This document shows, piece after piece, positions 17,931 to 26,402 of a stretch of DNA of 64,000 nucleotides (within the stretch, counting starts at the first letter, position 1; each line of letters opens with the position of its first letter). The notes under the pieces are model-generated. The model searched no databases and was not told the DNA's origin. It saw only the letters and a program-made list of their open reading frames with translations. This stretch comes from Spirochaetia bacterium (GTDB lineage Bacteria; Spirochaetota; Spirochaetia; SZUA-6; Bin103). The position numbers and the translations under genes are program-made. Where the stretch lies: assembly GCA_965198005.1 (NCBI GenBank), contig CBDAOI010000003.1:1120001-1184000 (forward strand), in the 5' to 3' direction.

Positions 17931-20900
17931 TCACCAACACCTGATCGTGGTGCGGCCACCGCCCGTGCTGGTGCGGATGAACTCGCCGCCGAGCCGCGTC
18001 CGGGCGTCGTGGCCGAGGGCGCGGGCGAACGGCGCCATATCGTGGGCTGTGTAGGTCAGGCGCAGGACGTGATGGCGGACCATCTCGCGGGCGGTCGTGT
18101 CGCCGAAACGCCGATCGTAGTCGTTGGGTGCGATTACGGGCAGTTGCTCGACTATGTACCAGTTCAGATTTGTGCCCTGAACTTTCTGTCTCGCCACGAA
18201 GTCTACCGGGATGGCGCTCAGATTCGCCCCGAGACAGGCGGCGGCGAGACCGTCACCTCCCACGAGAAGAGGGACCTTGTTGCCATAACCCGCCCACGGG
18301 ACGACCGCCGTTACGACCGTTCGTACGTCGGTCGGCCTGGCGATATCGCGGAAGCCCAAGGCCCATCCTCGCGCGCGAGGAATCCTTGACTCCACGTCCT
18401 TCGCTGGAACCCAGTACTGCGTCCGCGGAAGGAAGCCGGGATCTGCATGCTGGGCGTCGCTCACGGCTTCACTCACATACGGATTGTGCGTGTTCTGTGG
18501 GTTGATACGTACCGAGTTGGCGCGGTGATCGAAATGCGAAATCATCCGACCCTGGTATAGGGGCAGATACCACTCATCCGCTTTCTTATAGCGGTTGCCC
18601 TCGACCAGGTAGAAGCCCGCGGTTTCGAGCTCGGCAGCGGTGCGGAACAAGGCGGAGTCGTTGGTCATGTCGAACATTCGGTAGTAGCGCACCGGCCAGA
18701 CGCGCCGTTCCTCGGAGCCCGAGCGATCGACGAGCACCGGGTGTCGTTCGTAGATGCGACGCGTGATGTCGGCGTCGCGGCGGGTGCGGAACACGGGGGC
18801 GGTGCCGGTGTTGGGGTTCACCCGGGCGAAGTCGTCCGGCGTCAGCGGGAAGCAACGCTGCGGGTCGTCGACGGTGCCGGTGTCGTGCAGGAAGAAGGCG
18901 CACTTGGTCTGCGCGAAGCGGCGCTCGTCGCCGCCGAAGATGAGCGCGCAGAACTTGAACCGCGAATCGACGTCCGGGAAGAATGGTGGCAGCTCGGTGC
19001 CAAGACGGCGGTTCTCGAAGTCGAACAGGCCGCCGATTCTGCCGGTGGTGGAGAGGCTCTTGAAGAAGCGGGCGGCGGTCTTGTCGGCGTAGATGCCGGA
19101 TGGCGTGAGCAGGCCTACCAGTCCGTCGGGCGTCACCAAGCTCATGGCGCGTTCGACGAACAGCGAGTAGAGGTTGATGTCGCCGCCGCCGAGCAGCGGG
19201 TAGCTGCCGGACATGCGCACCATGCGGCCGAGTTGGTCGGCACGCCCCTTGGCGGCGTCGAAGTCCGCCGCCAGCGGCTCACTCCGGTCCCGCAGTCGCC
19301 GGATCGCGGCGCGCCGGGCGGCCGCGGTCGGGGCAAGGGCGATCTCCCGAGCACGGGTCGCGAACCACTCCACCTCCTGCAGCTTGATCCGGTCCCAGGG
19401 CGGATTGCCGATCACGGCGTCGAAGCCGCCTTCGGGCCGGCGGTTCTGCCAGTGCCGCCATACGCCGGGAAAGGCCGCCTGCCAATGCAGGAATGCCTCC
19501 CGCCGCGCAATGGCTCTGGCTTCCTGCCAGCGCTCGCGCAGCGTTGCCCAGTGTTCCTGGTCGACGTCGTCGGCGCCGTCACCCCCGGAATCCGGCCCAC
19601 GCGCCAGAATCCGGTACGCATCGGTGGGTTTTCGGCTGAGCGTTGCCGCCAGCGGCGTCTCGAATTGGGAGCGCGCCGTGGTTTTCATGCCGGCGCTCAT
19701 CCACTGCAGTCCGCAGAGAAAATCGAGCAACCCACGCAGGTCGGCCGTGGTCTCCTCTACACCGCGAAACGCCGACGCCGACTCGTGCACCTCCACCACG
19801 TCGGCATCCGACATCTCCTCGATCCGCGCCATCCCCTCCGCGGCGACCTCCGCGCCGGCCATCGCCGAACCGGCAAACAACCCGCCGAGCCGATCCAGCT
19901 CGCGAATCGCGTCCCGCACCCGGATCCCGATCAGCGAGTCGCCGCACCGCAGGTGATGGTCGAGGAACGACAGCGGCGCACCTGCGGTGAAGCTGTGCAA
20001 CCACAGCGAGACCTTCGCCAGTTCCACGGTCAGGCGGTTCTTGTCCACCCCGTAGATGCAGCGCTTGAGCACCATGCGCCGGATGATGGCCTGGTCCGTG
20101 AGCTGGGCGACGTCGATGATCCAGTTGCCTGCCTGCGCCCGGTGCAGAATCCCCCGCCGAATCTCGGCGATCCGGCCTACCAGGGGCGATTCATAGGCGC
20201 CGTCGGACCACTCCGGCACGCCCGGCACGTATTCGATCAACTCGGCGATGTAGTCGGACAGGAAGTCGACAGCGCTTACCAGAAAGTGGCCGCTGCCCAT
20301 GGCCGGATCGAGCACCTTGAGCCGCAGCACCGCTTCCGCCGGATCCAGCCGTGCCAGCGTCGCCATCCGAACGGCCTTGGGGCGGCGATCGGTCGCAAGC
20401 TCGTGCGCCCTGGCCTCGAACGCACGCAACCGCTCCTCCGCCAGCGGTTTGAGTGTCTGGTCCACGATCAGGTCGACCAGTTCCTGCGGCGTGTAGAAAC
20501 TGCCGCTGTCCTTGCGGGCGTAGGAGTCGAGCCGGATCTCCACGCCGCCGTCTGCCGTGCGCGTGGGTTCGCGTTCGAGGAGGCGTTCGTAGATGGAACC
20601 GAGTTGCTGCACCGACATGTCGCGGTAGTTGACGAAACGGCGGGCACCATTGTCCTGCTGGCCCGCCGCCGTGTGGCTGAGGTCGTAAATGACGTCCGCC
20701 ACCACCGTGTCCGGGACCCGGACTTGCTGCAGGATCGGCGCGGCCTCGGGCGCGAACAGGCCGCCGTTGTAGGGCGGCAGGCCGATCGACTCATCGCCCT
20801 GGTCGATCTGTCGGAACAGCTCGGTCAGGCGGTTGTAGTAGTGACCGGCGGTGGAGGAAAAGGTGTCGCCCTCGGCCATGCGGCGCGCAACATCCTCGCG

Positions 20901-21815
20901 CACGCGCTTCCGCAAGCCGTAGTCATCGTAGCGCGCGTCGTTGACCGGCAGCAGACCTCGGTCCTCGGCGTAGAGCACGAACAGCAGCCGGTAGAGGAAG
21001 ATCAGCGCCGCTGAGCGGACATCCGACAGGCTGTCGGAACCGGCGGCATCGGCGATCGCCGCTACCAGTCGCGGGAACACGCGTTCGAACACCACGCTGG
21101 ACAGGTCCTGTGCCACCGATTCCTCGTAGCGGCGTCCTTCCGCGATGGCGGCCTCGAGGAAGGTGGTCGTGGCCGTGCCCTGCAACGTAAAGGAGGCGCG
21201 ACCGAACAACAGGTGGAAGATCCGCAGGCCATCCTCGTTGCCGAGCTGGAGCACTTCCGCGAGGTCGGTCTCGAAGAAACCGCCCGCGCGCGGCCGGGCG
21301 CGCCGGTCATACAGGCGCCACACGCTGCCGTTGGTCAGGATCCCGAACCGGATGCGTCCTTCCGAAGCGACGTCGGCGGTCGTCAGATAGCGCAGCATCT
21401 GCCCGTGCGGGGTGCCGCCCCGGGGCCCGTCGGTGCGGTCGCGCTGATCAAGCGCAAGCCCGAAGCGCTTGCTCTCCTGCACGACCAGGGCGTCCTGAAA
21501 GCGGTCGTCGGAATTGCCGCGAGCAGTCGCGCGCGCCTTGGCTGCCGCGTCGGCGAACAGTAGATGGTCGGGAACGTCCTCATGGCCGGCTGCTGCCTGC
21601 TGCGGCAGGTAGGTCCAGCCCAACAGCTCCAGCACCGGGCGAATGAGGTCCTGCTCGGTCACCGCCTCGTTGGGCTGGTGCAGCGAGCTGAACCGTTCGT
21701 ACGCCTGCCCGAGGTCGCGGCGGAAGTCGGCAAGCTTCGTTACCGCCGCCTCCCATTCAGGAGTCGTGCGGATGCCGTCGGTAAGAAAGTACTGAGTAAA
21801 CAACTGGCCCTTCAT
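17931..21815 (-). CDS. Type IIG/Eco57I-like fused restriction endonuclease-N6-adenine methyltransferase (C-terminus truncated)
   Basis: N-terminal PD...ESK nuclease motif, YNGGLF, GSFYTP, motif I VLDPAMGSGHFL, IYGVD, motif IV IGNPPW, TRD region. Confidence 0.93.
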   Translation of the reverse strand: MKGQLFTQYFLTDGIRTTPEWEAAVTKLADFRRDLGQAYERFSSLHQPNEAVTEQDLIRPVLELLGWTYLPQQAAAGHEDVPDHLLFADAAAKARATARGNSDDRFQDALVVQESKRFGLALDQRDRTDGPRGGTPHGQMLRYLTTADVASEGRIRFGILTNGSVWRLYDRRARPRAGGFFETDLAEVLQLGNEDGLRIFHLLFGRASFTLQGTATTTFLEAAIAEGRRYEESVAQDLSSVVFERVFPRLVAAIADAAGSDSLSDVRSAALIFLYRLLFVLYAEDRGLLPVNDARYDDYGLRKRVREDVARRMAEGDTFSSTAGHYYNRLTELFRQIDQGDESIGLPPYNGGLFAPEAAPILQQVRVPDTVVADVIYDLSHTAAGQQDNGARRFVNYRDMSVQQLGSIYERLLEREPTRTADGGVEIRLDSYARKDSGSFYTPQELVDLIVDQTLKPLAEERLRAFEARAHELATDRRPKAVRMATLARLDPAEAVLRLKVLDPAMGSGHFLVSAVDFLSDYIAELIEYVPGVPEWSDGAYESPLVGRIAEIRRGILHRAQAGNWIIDVAQLTDQAIIRRMVLKRCIYGVDKNRLTVELAKVSLWLHSFTAGAPLSFLDHHLRCGDSLIGIRVRDAIRELDRLGGLFAGSAMAGAEVAAEGMARIEEMSDADVVEVHESASAFRGVEETTADLRGLLDFLCGLQWMSAGMKTTARSQFETPLAATLSRKPTDAYRILARGPDSGGDGADDVDQEHWATLRERWQEARAIARREAFLHWQAAFPGVWRHWQNRRPEGGFDAVIGNPPWDRIKLQEVEWFATRAREIALAPTAAARRAAIRRLRDRSEPLAADFDAAKGRADQLGRMVRMSGSYPLLGGGDINLYSLFVERAMSLVTPDGLVGLLTPSGIYADKTAARFFKSLSTTGRIGGLFDFENRRLGTELPPFFPDVDSRFKFCALIFGGDERRFAQTKCAFFLHDTGTVDDPQRCFPLTPDDFARVNPNTGTAPVFRTRRDADITRRIYERHPVLVDRSGSEERRVWPVRYYRMFDMTNDSALFRTAAELETAGFYLVEGNRYKKADEWYLPLYQGRMISHFDHRANSVRINPQNTHNPYVSEAVSDAQHADPGFLPRTQYWVPAKDVESRIPRARGWALGFRDIARPTDVRTVVTAVVPWAGYGNKVPLLVGGDGLAAACLGANLSAIPVDFVARQKVQGTNLNWYIVEQLPVIAPNDYDRRFGDTTAREMVRHHVLRLTYTAHDMAPFARALGHDARTRLGGEFIRTSTGGGRTTIRCW

Positions 21816-22010
21816 GATCGGGTGTAAGACCGGAGCCCGGCTCGACTCTGGCCATCATAGCAGACAGATGCAGATGTCGTCGTACTGCATCGTCGAGTGA
21901 CTCGAACAGGGTGTCACGGTAGGATGCCCCCGGGGTCCGTGGCTACCGAGGGTGTAGACCTCGCGTGTTCCGGATTACGATAGTCCCCACGGCATAGATT
22001 GATGTTGGCA

Positions 22011-22262
22011 TTACCCACTACGTGCAGTATGGACGCTGGCTGGGAATGGCATGGTATCGTTCTCATCGATTATACACTCAATGCCTGACACATAGCAGAT
22101 TAGGGAGCGTTTGGTGCGTTCCTGAATCTGATTGATTAGCGTTTGCCGTTGGTAGCGACTTGCGTGATTTGCCTCGAATAACGGCGTCTTGCTGGCTGGT
22201 CGCGAACCATCCTTGGCCGACGAAGGATCGCCGCTACTCTCTTGTGTCGACTCGTCGGTCAT
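22011..22262 (-). pseudogene. N-terminal fragment of a probable SDH/ClpP-class serine protease
   Basis: GAGGAG RBS; KTPLFEA..ASRYQRQTLINQIQERTKRSLICYV...I...DT.PF then breaks before any catalytic motif. Confidence 0.55.
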
Positions 22263-22266
22263 GGGG

Positions 22267-22617
22267 TTACTCCTCGTTCGTACAAATTGCCCATCGGATC
22301 CTACCATCGCGGATGGTGAAGTGGCAGCGGCGTTGAGCAGTGATGTCGTCGATGCTAGGACGGATCGACAGCGGTTTTCGAGACTCGATCCTCCAGAATG
22401 GGTATCGGGTGATGTCCAGATTCACCATGAGTCGATGCCGCGTTCGGCAGGGGCAGTCGAAAACAGCCCAGGTCGCGCGATCTCGTGTCACGACAAGAAC
22501 TACGCCTCGGTAGGGTAGGCGCTCAGCTACGTCGTCACCCGCCTCGACGTGTCCGACAACCCGCCAGGAGCGCCAGGGGAGCGGTAGCGATTGCCACCAA
22601 GGAAACAACCCTTTCAT
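22267..22617 (-). CDS. DUF6527-like small Cys/His (putative Zn-binding) protein
   Basis: WAVFDCPC...MVNL...PFW...SIRPSI...CHFTIRDGRIRW; ATGA overlap with E1 stop. Confidence 0.8.
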   Translation of the reverse strand: MKGLFPWWQSLPLPWRSWRVVGHVEAGDDVAERLPYRGVVLVVTRDRATWAVFDCPCRTRHRLMVNLDITRYPFWRIESRKPLSIRPSIDDITAQRRCHFTIRDGRIRWAICTNEE

Positions 22618-23995
22618 CCCTGCCATGTCTGCTCCAGGAACGGTTCGGTGACGCCAAGTCCGAGTTTCTGAGCCTGTGGATGGCAATAGTGACGTTCGCG
22701 AGGTTCCTGGTCGTTCGTGGACACCTCACGCTCATGCGAGCGGAGCAGTATTTCCGTGGGGGCAGGGTCAGGCCCATAGTGAATGAGTCGCTCGAGCAGT
22801 TCGCTTACGGCCGCTGAGGCAACCTGCGTCGTAAACGCCACGACCGCGGGCTCGGGGTCTGCCAGCGCGGGCGCGTAGCCTTCTTCGGCGAGTCGACGGT
22901 ACTCAGATGGGTTGAGCATTTCAGCGGCTGCACGCTGTAAGTCAACGCGGTTGCGACAGACCAGGCACCCAGCGCCCGGGGCGAGGACTGTCACGCGGCC
23001 GTCGATTCCAACAAGTTGCCCTCCGGAGCCACTGCTCAGCAGCACACCGCAATCGATGACGGGAGTCAACAGGTACGACGCGATGCGCGACAGCACGAGC
23101 CGACCAGCGTTGTCATCGGTGCAGCCGAACACGACATCAGCGTCAAGCAGCAGTCTGGCCGTGGATTCGATCGTAATCTTGGTCTGTGCGGTCGTCACTT
23201 CGGCATCGGGCGCGATTCGGCTCACGTGGGCGGCACTCAGGCTTACTTTCGGCTGGCCGACGCAATGGAGGTAGGATCCGTATACGCGCGTGACGTTCCC
23301 GGCAGTCAACGTATCGGGATCAAACAACTGCAGATGACGTACGCCGAGACGGACGAGTTGCTCGATAACTGCCGACCCGGTGCCACCGCAGCCGACGACA
23401 GCGATGCGAAGATTGCCGAGAACCTGTTGTATTTTGCCGCCGAAGGCTCTGATGTTCCGGTCGAATTGCTCAGAAGGTGGCGTTGTGCCGTGGAGCCAAT
23501 TCTGCATGAGCGCGAAACGCCGGCCGGTCACCCACAGGCGATCGATCTCGGTTCGCCGGTTTTCGGATTCGACGTGGCCCGTGAAACACAGTTGGCCCCG
23601 GGGCCGCGCCATGACATCGCTCCGTACAGGGGACTCGCTGCGCGGAGTCGGAAGAGGTCAGAAAGCTGTCGGTCGACGAGTTCGTCGTGCTTGCTCGGCT
23701 TGGGCGATGAGTCGATGCCGGGATGGGTATGCAACCAGATCGGGACGGACCGGTCGGCCTCCGCAGCAGCGAGGGCGGGGACGTAGCCATTGGAGGCAAC
23801 GCTGAGCCCGGTTGCATCGCGCCGACGGTAGGCGTCATCCGGCACCCAATGCAACGCACGGGCGAGCAAGCGGACATTGTCGCCGGGAGTGTCCACTTGC
23901 CGCGCCAGCAGAACGCAGGCGGACTCCGTTTCAGCCGCTGCCGCGTCAAAGAGCTCGGCTGCGAGTTGGTCCGGCAGTACCAGCGTGACGGCCAT
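22614..23995 (-). pseudogene. JAB/MPN metallopeptidase - ThiF/E1 adenylyltransferase fusion, split by a 1-nt frameshift at ~23616
   Basis: JAB: ESACV...WLHTHPG..SPKPSKHD; E1: FDRNIRAFG, VVGCGGTGS, FDPD..NVTR, GCTDD...R, CLVC...HYC. Confidence 0.85.
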
Positions 23996-24384
23996 CAAGC
24001 CACCTTCGGCACGCTGTGTTCCAGGTCCTGCCGGATCAGGGAGAGGAAGCTCGCAAGGCCATCGACTCCGGATTGCCACTGTCCGTTGTTGAAGTGTCTC
24101 GACCAGCGTTGCCACTGGCGACCCAGGTACACCTCGACGACGCTGGTGGCAGGCAGAGCCACGCCGTTGGCCAAGTGCACTGCCGGATAGAACCACCACA
24201 TGTCGGGGGGGACATCGGGATAGCCGGGACTGAGCCGAACCAGGAGATCCGATGCATTGCGATCCAGCCCTTTCGGGAGCGGCCACTGCGGTATCACGAC
24301 ACATATCATGCCGGACTCGGTCGCGACCTCATGAACGACACCTCGTTCGTTCAGGTACGTGATGTCCGCTTGGGGAAGAGTCAT
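23995..24384 (-). CDS. Prokaryotic E2/UBC-like protein (family E)
   Basis: WPLPKGL...LLVRLSPGYPDVPPDMWWFYP...WQRWSRH...W.SGVDGL; TGATG coupling to JAB-E1. Confidence 0.88.
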   Translation of the reverse strand: MTLPQADITYLNERGVVHEVATESGMICVVIPQWPLPKGLDRNASDLLVRLSPGYPDVPPDMWWFYPAVHLANGVALPATSVVEVYLGRQWQRWSRHFNNGQWQSGVDGLASFLSLIRQDLEHSVPKVA

Positions 24385-24466
24385 GGCGATTGCTACGCCC
24401 TCACGCGGAAAGCGTGGTTGGTGCCAGGGTTGATCGTCCACATTCTCCGATAGCACAATGTGCAGC

Positions 24467-24679
24467 ATGAGACCCGTCAAAGCGATGACGATTCGCCTGT
24501 CTGCCGACCAGTCAGAGCAGTTGAGCACGATCGCGGCCGTCGACGGTCAGCCAGTATCGCATGTGATCCGCTCGGCAATCGCCGAGCACATCAAGGGGCG
24601 CAGACGTGACGCCGAGTTTCAGGACATGCTCCGTCAGCGCATCGAGCGCGAGCAACGGATGCTGCCAAATGACGAATAG
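24467..24679 (+). CDS. Ribbon-helix-helix (CopG-like) protein, probable orphan antitoxin
   Basis: AMTIRLSADQSEQL..IAAVDGQPVSHVIRSAIAEHI; palindrome GCACA-A-TGTGC just upstream. Confidence 0.75.
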   Translation: MRPVKAMTIRLSADQSEQLSTIAAVDGQPVSHVIRSAIAEHIKGRRRDAEFQDMLRQRIEREQRMLPNDE

Positions 24680-25197
24680 CGTGAGCGGGCGGCGCTACGA
24701 GCGACGCGCCCGACAACCACGCTACCGCTTCAGGCGAGCCGCGTTCAATCTCCGCTGCAACCTCTCCATGCTCGCGCACCACCACCGGGTGAGCAGCAGT
24801 GGGCACGCACTGGGAGCGCCGCGCCGCGTTGGCGTCCTGCTGCACCAGCTCCACGAACTCATGGTCACCGATCATGACGCGCCGGAGGTTACCGATCCAT
24901 ATTCCATATAGCGATAGCGGTTCGTTGCGGCGCTCACCGCGGGCGCCGTTCATCAGACGAGCTTCAGCAGCCCAGAGGCGATCTCTCATCGGACACCTGT
25001 CGGCATGCCATTGGCTCGGTGCAGGTCAATGCTTTGCCGTCGCGGTGGCGGTGCACCGGCGCCAGACTCTGTGATCGTTGACTGCCACGCCACGATTCAT
25101 GCACGCCGCGCTATCCTGCATTTTTCCACGGGTCCCTTCGCACATCGACCTCCTTGGGGCACCCAGTAACTTCCTCGGTGTCGACCAGGCGCTGCGC

Positions 25198-26304
25198 TCA
25201 GATGAACATGGTGTTGGTGTCGTAGTTCTTGAGGACTTGCTCGCGGGTGGCCTCGTTCCAGCGGTGGTCGTCCAGCTCGTTCGCCAGCGGCTGGTAGAGG
25301 TAGCTGCGCTCGTGCGGAAACCGCTGCCGGCGCGCATCGATCGCCAGCGCGATGATGCGCGAGCGCTGGTGGATGCGCGCGGCGTCGTAGGTCACGGGAG
25401 GGTCTCCGCGCACCACGCCGAGCAGCGAGCAGCGGCGGTGAAAGCCGAACACCAGCGTGACCCGCATGCCCTCGGACTCGTTGGCGAACGCGCCGTGCAC
25501 GACCTGGCGGTTGTTGATCGCCACGTCGCCGGGATTGCCAAGCATCGGCACCGCGCCGGGCAGGCGGTCCGAGCCGCCGTTGGCAGCCACCTGCGCCGCG
25601 ATGTCGAACCGGCTGCGGTGGGTGCCGGGCACCACCCAGAGCGCGTTGGCGGGGGTGGTCGCGTAGAGCTGGGTCATCAGGTTGAAGCCGTGGGTGCCGG
25701 CGTCCAGCTCGTCGCTGTTCCAGTGCGTGGTGCCGTCCTGATGCCATGCCGTGGACGGCCCCAGTCCCGGTTGCTTGACGAAGATTCCCTCGTTCCACGG
25801 CACGAAGTCGGGTCCGTTGATCTGCTCGGCCACCGCCAGCAGCTCCGGATGGCCGTACAGCCGCAGATAGGCGTCCATGAGCTGCAACGCGCCCCCGCCG
25901 ATGAAATTCACCACCTGCTCCGGCGCGCCGGCCGCCGCCTCGGGTTCGGCCATCTTCACCGGGTGGCGGCCGTCGCTGGCCGCGGTGCCCCCGGACGGGT
26001 CGCTCAGCGGCTTGGCGAATTGAAATTGCGGGCGCTCCAGATCCGCGCCGAGCGCCGGCCGGCCCTGGGCATCGGTGGCAGCCCCGCTCGAGTGCGGCGC
26101 GCGCTCCAGCACGCGCGCGAAGTCGGTCTTCAGCTCGTTCAGCTCCGCCGCGCCCACCACGCCCTCGAACACGTAGAAGCCGGTGCGCCAGTAGGCATCG
26201 ACAATCTCCTGCCGCAGATTGCCGTTGCCGTCGAGCCGGAGCGGCCCGCGGTTGCCGAGCTCGTAGGCGCGTCGTTCGCCTTCGATCAGGTACGCGTCAG
26301 TCAT
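25198..26304 (-). CDS. Phytanoyl-CoA dioxygenase (PhyH) family Fe(II)/2OG enzyme
   Basis: WHQD, LWVVPGTH, PGDV...HG..N.S..R. Confidence 0.9.
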   Translation of the reverse strand: MTDAYLIEGERRAYELGNRGPLRLDGNGNLRQEIVDAYWRTGFYVFEGVVGAAELNELKTDFARVLERAPHSSGAATDAQGRPALGADLERPQFQFAKPLSDPSGGTAASDGRHPVKMAEPEAAAGAPEQVVNFIGGGALQLMDAYLRLYGHPELLAVAEQINGPDFVPWNEGIFVKQPGLGPSTAWHQDGTTHWNSDELDAGTHGFNLMTQLYATTPANALWVVPGTHRSRFDIAAQVAANGGSDRLPGAVPMLGNPGDVAINNRQVVHGAFANESEGMRVTLVFGFHRRCSLLGVVRGDPPVTYDAARIHQRSRIIALAIDARRQRFPHERSYLYQPLANELDDHRWNEATREQVLKNYDTNTMFI

Positions 26305-26402
26305 CCCATCACTCCATCGCCACGCCCCATTATATCCAGTACCCCGCAGCTTGACGCAAACCAGGAGGTAAGATTGGCAACGCCCGGGCAAGCGGTGCTA
26401 CC

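Noticed and set aside
16442-18260. Shufflon or diversity-generating retroelement explanation for the RM repeats
   Set aside because: Copies are in direct orientation, no invertase or reverse transcriptase is in the window, and differences are not adenine-specific
18741-21014. 757-aa + strand ORF (and similar long ORFs at 41107-43734, 43562-46354, 51122-53965, 57247-59676, 62702-63994)
   Set aside because: Antisense shadows of well-supported genes in GC-rich DNA; no motifs
22011-24384. CBASS/Pycsar type II or ThiF/MoeB cofactor biosynthesis
   Set aside because: No cyclase gene; E2 is separate and JAB is fused to E1, unlike Cap2/Cap3; no ThiS/MoaD or thi/moa genes nearby
3669-25100. Integron cassette array
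   Set aside because: No intI, no recurring RYYYAAC...GTTRRRY attC pairs, and genes lie on both strands
24680-25100. Short ORFs between the RHH gene and PhyH
   Set aside because: No recognisable motif or start signals; probably further debris
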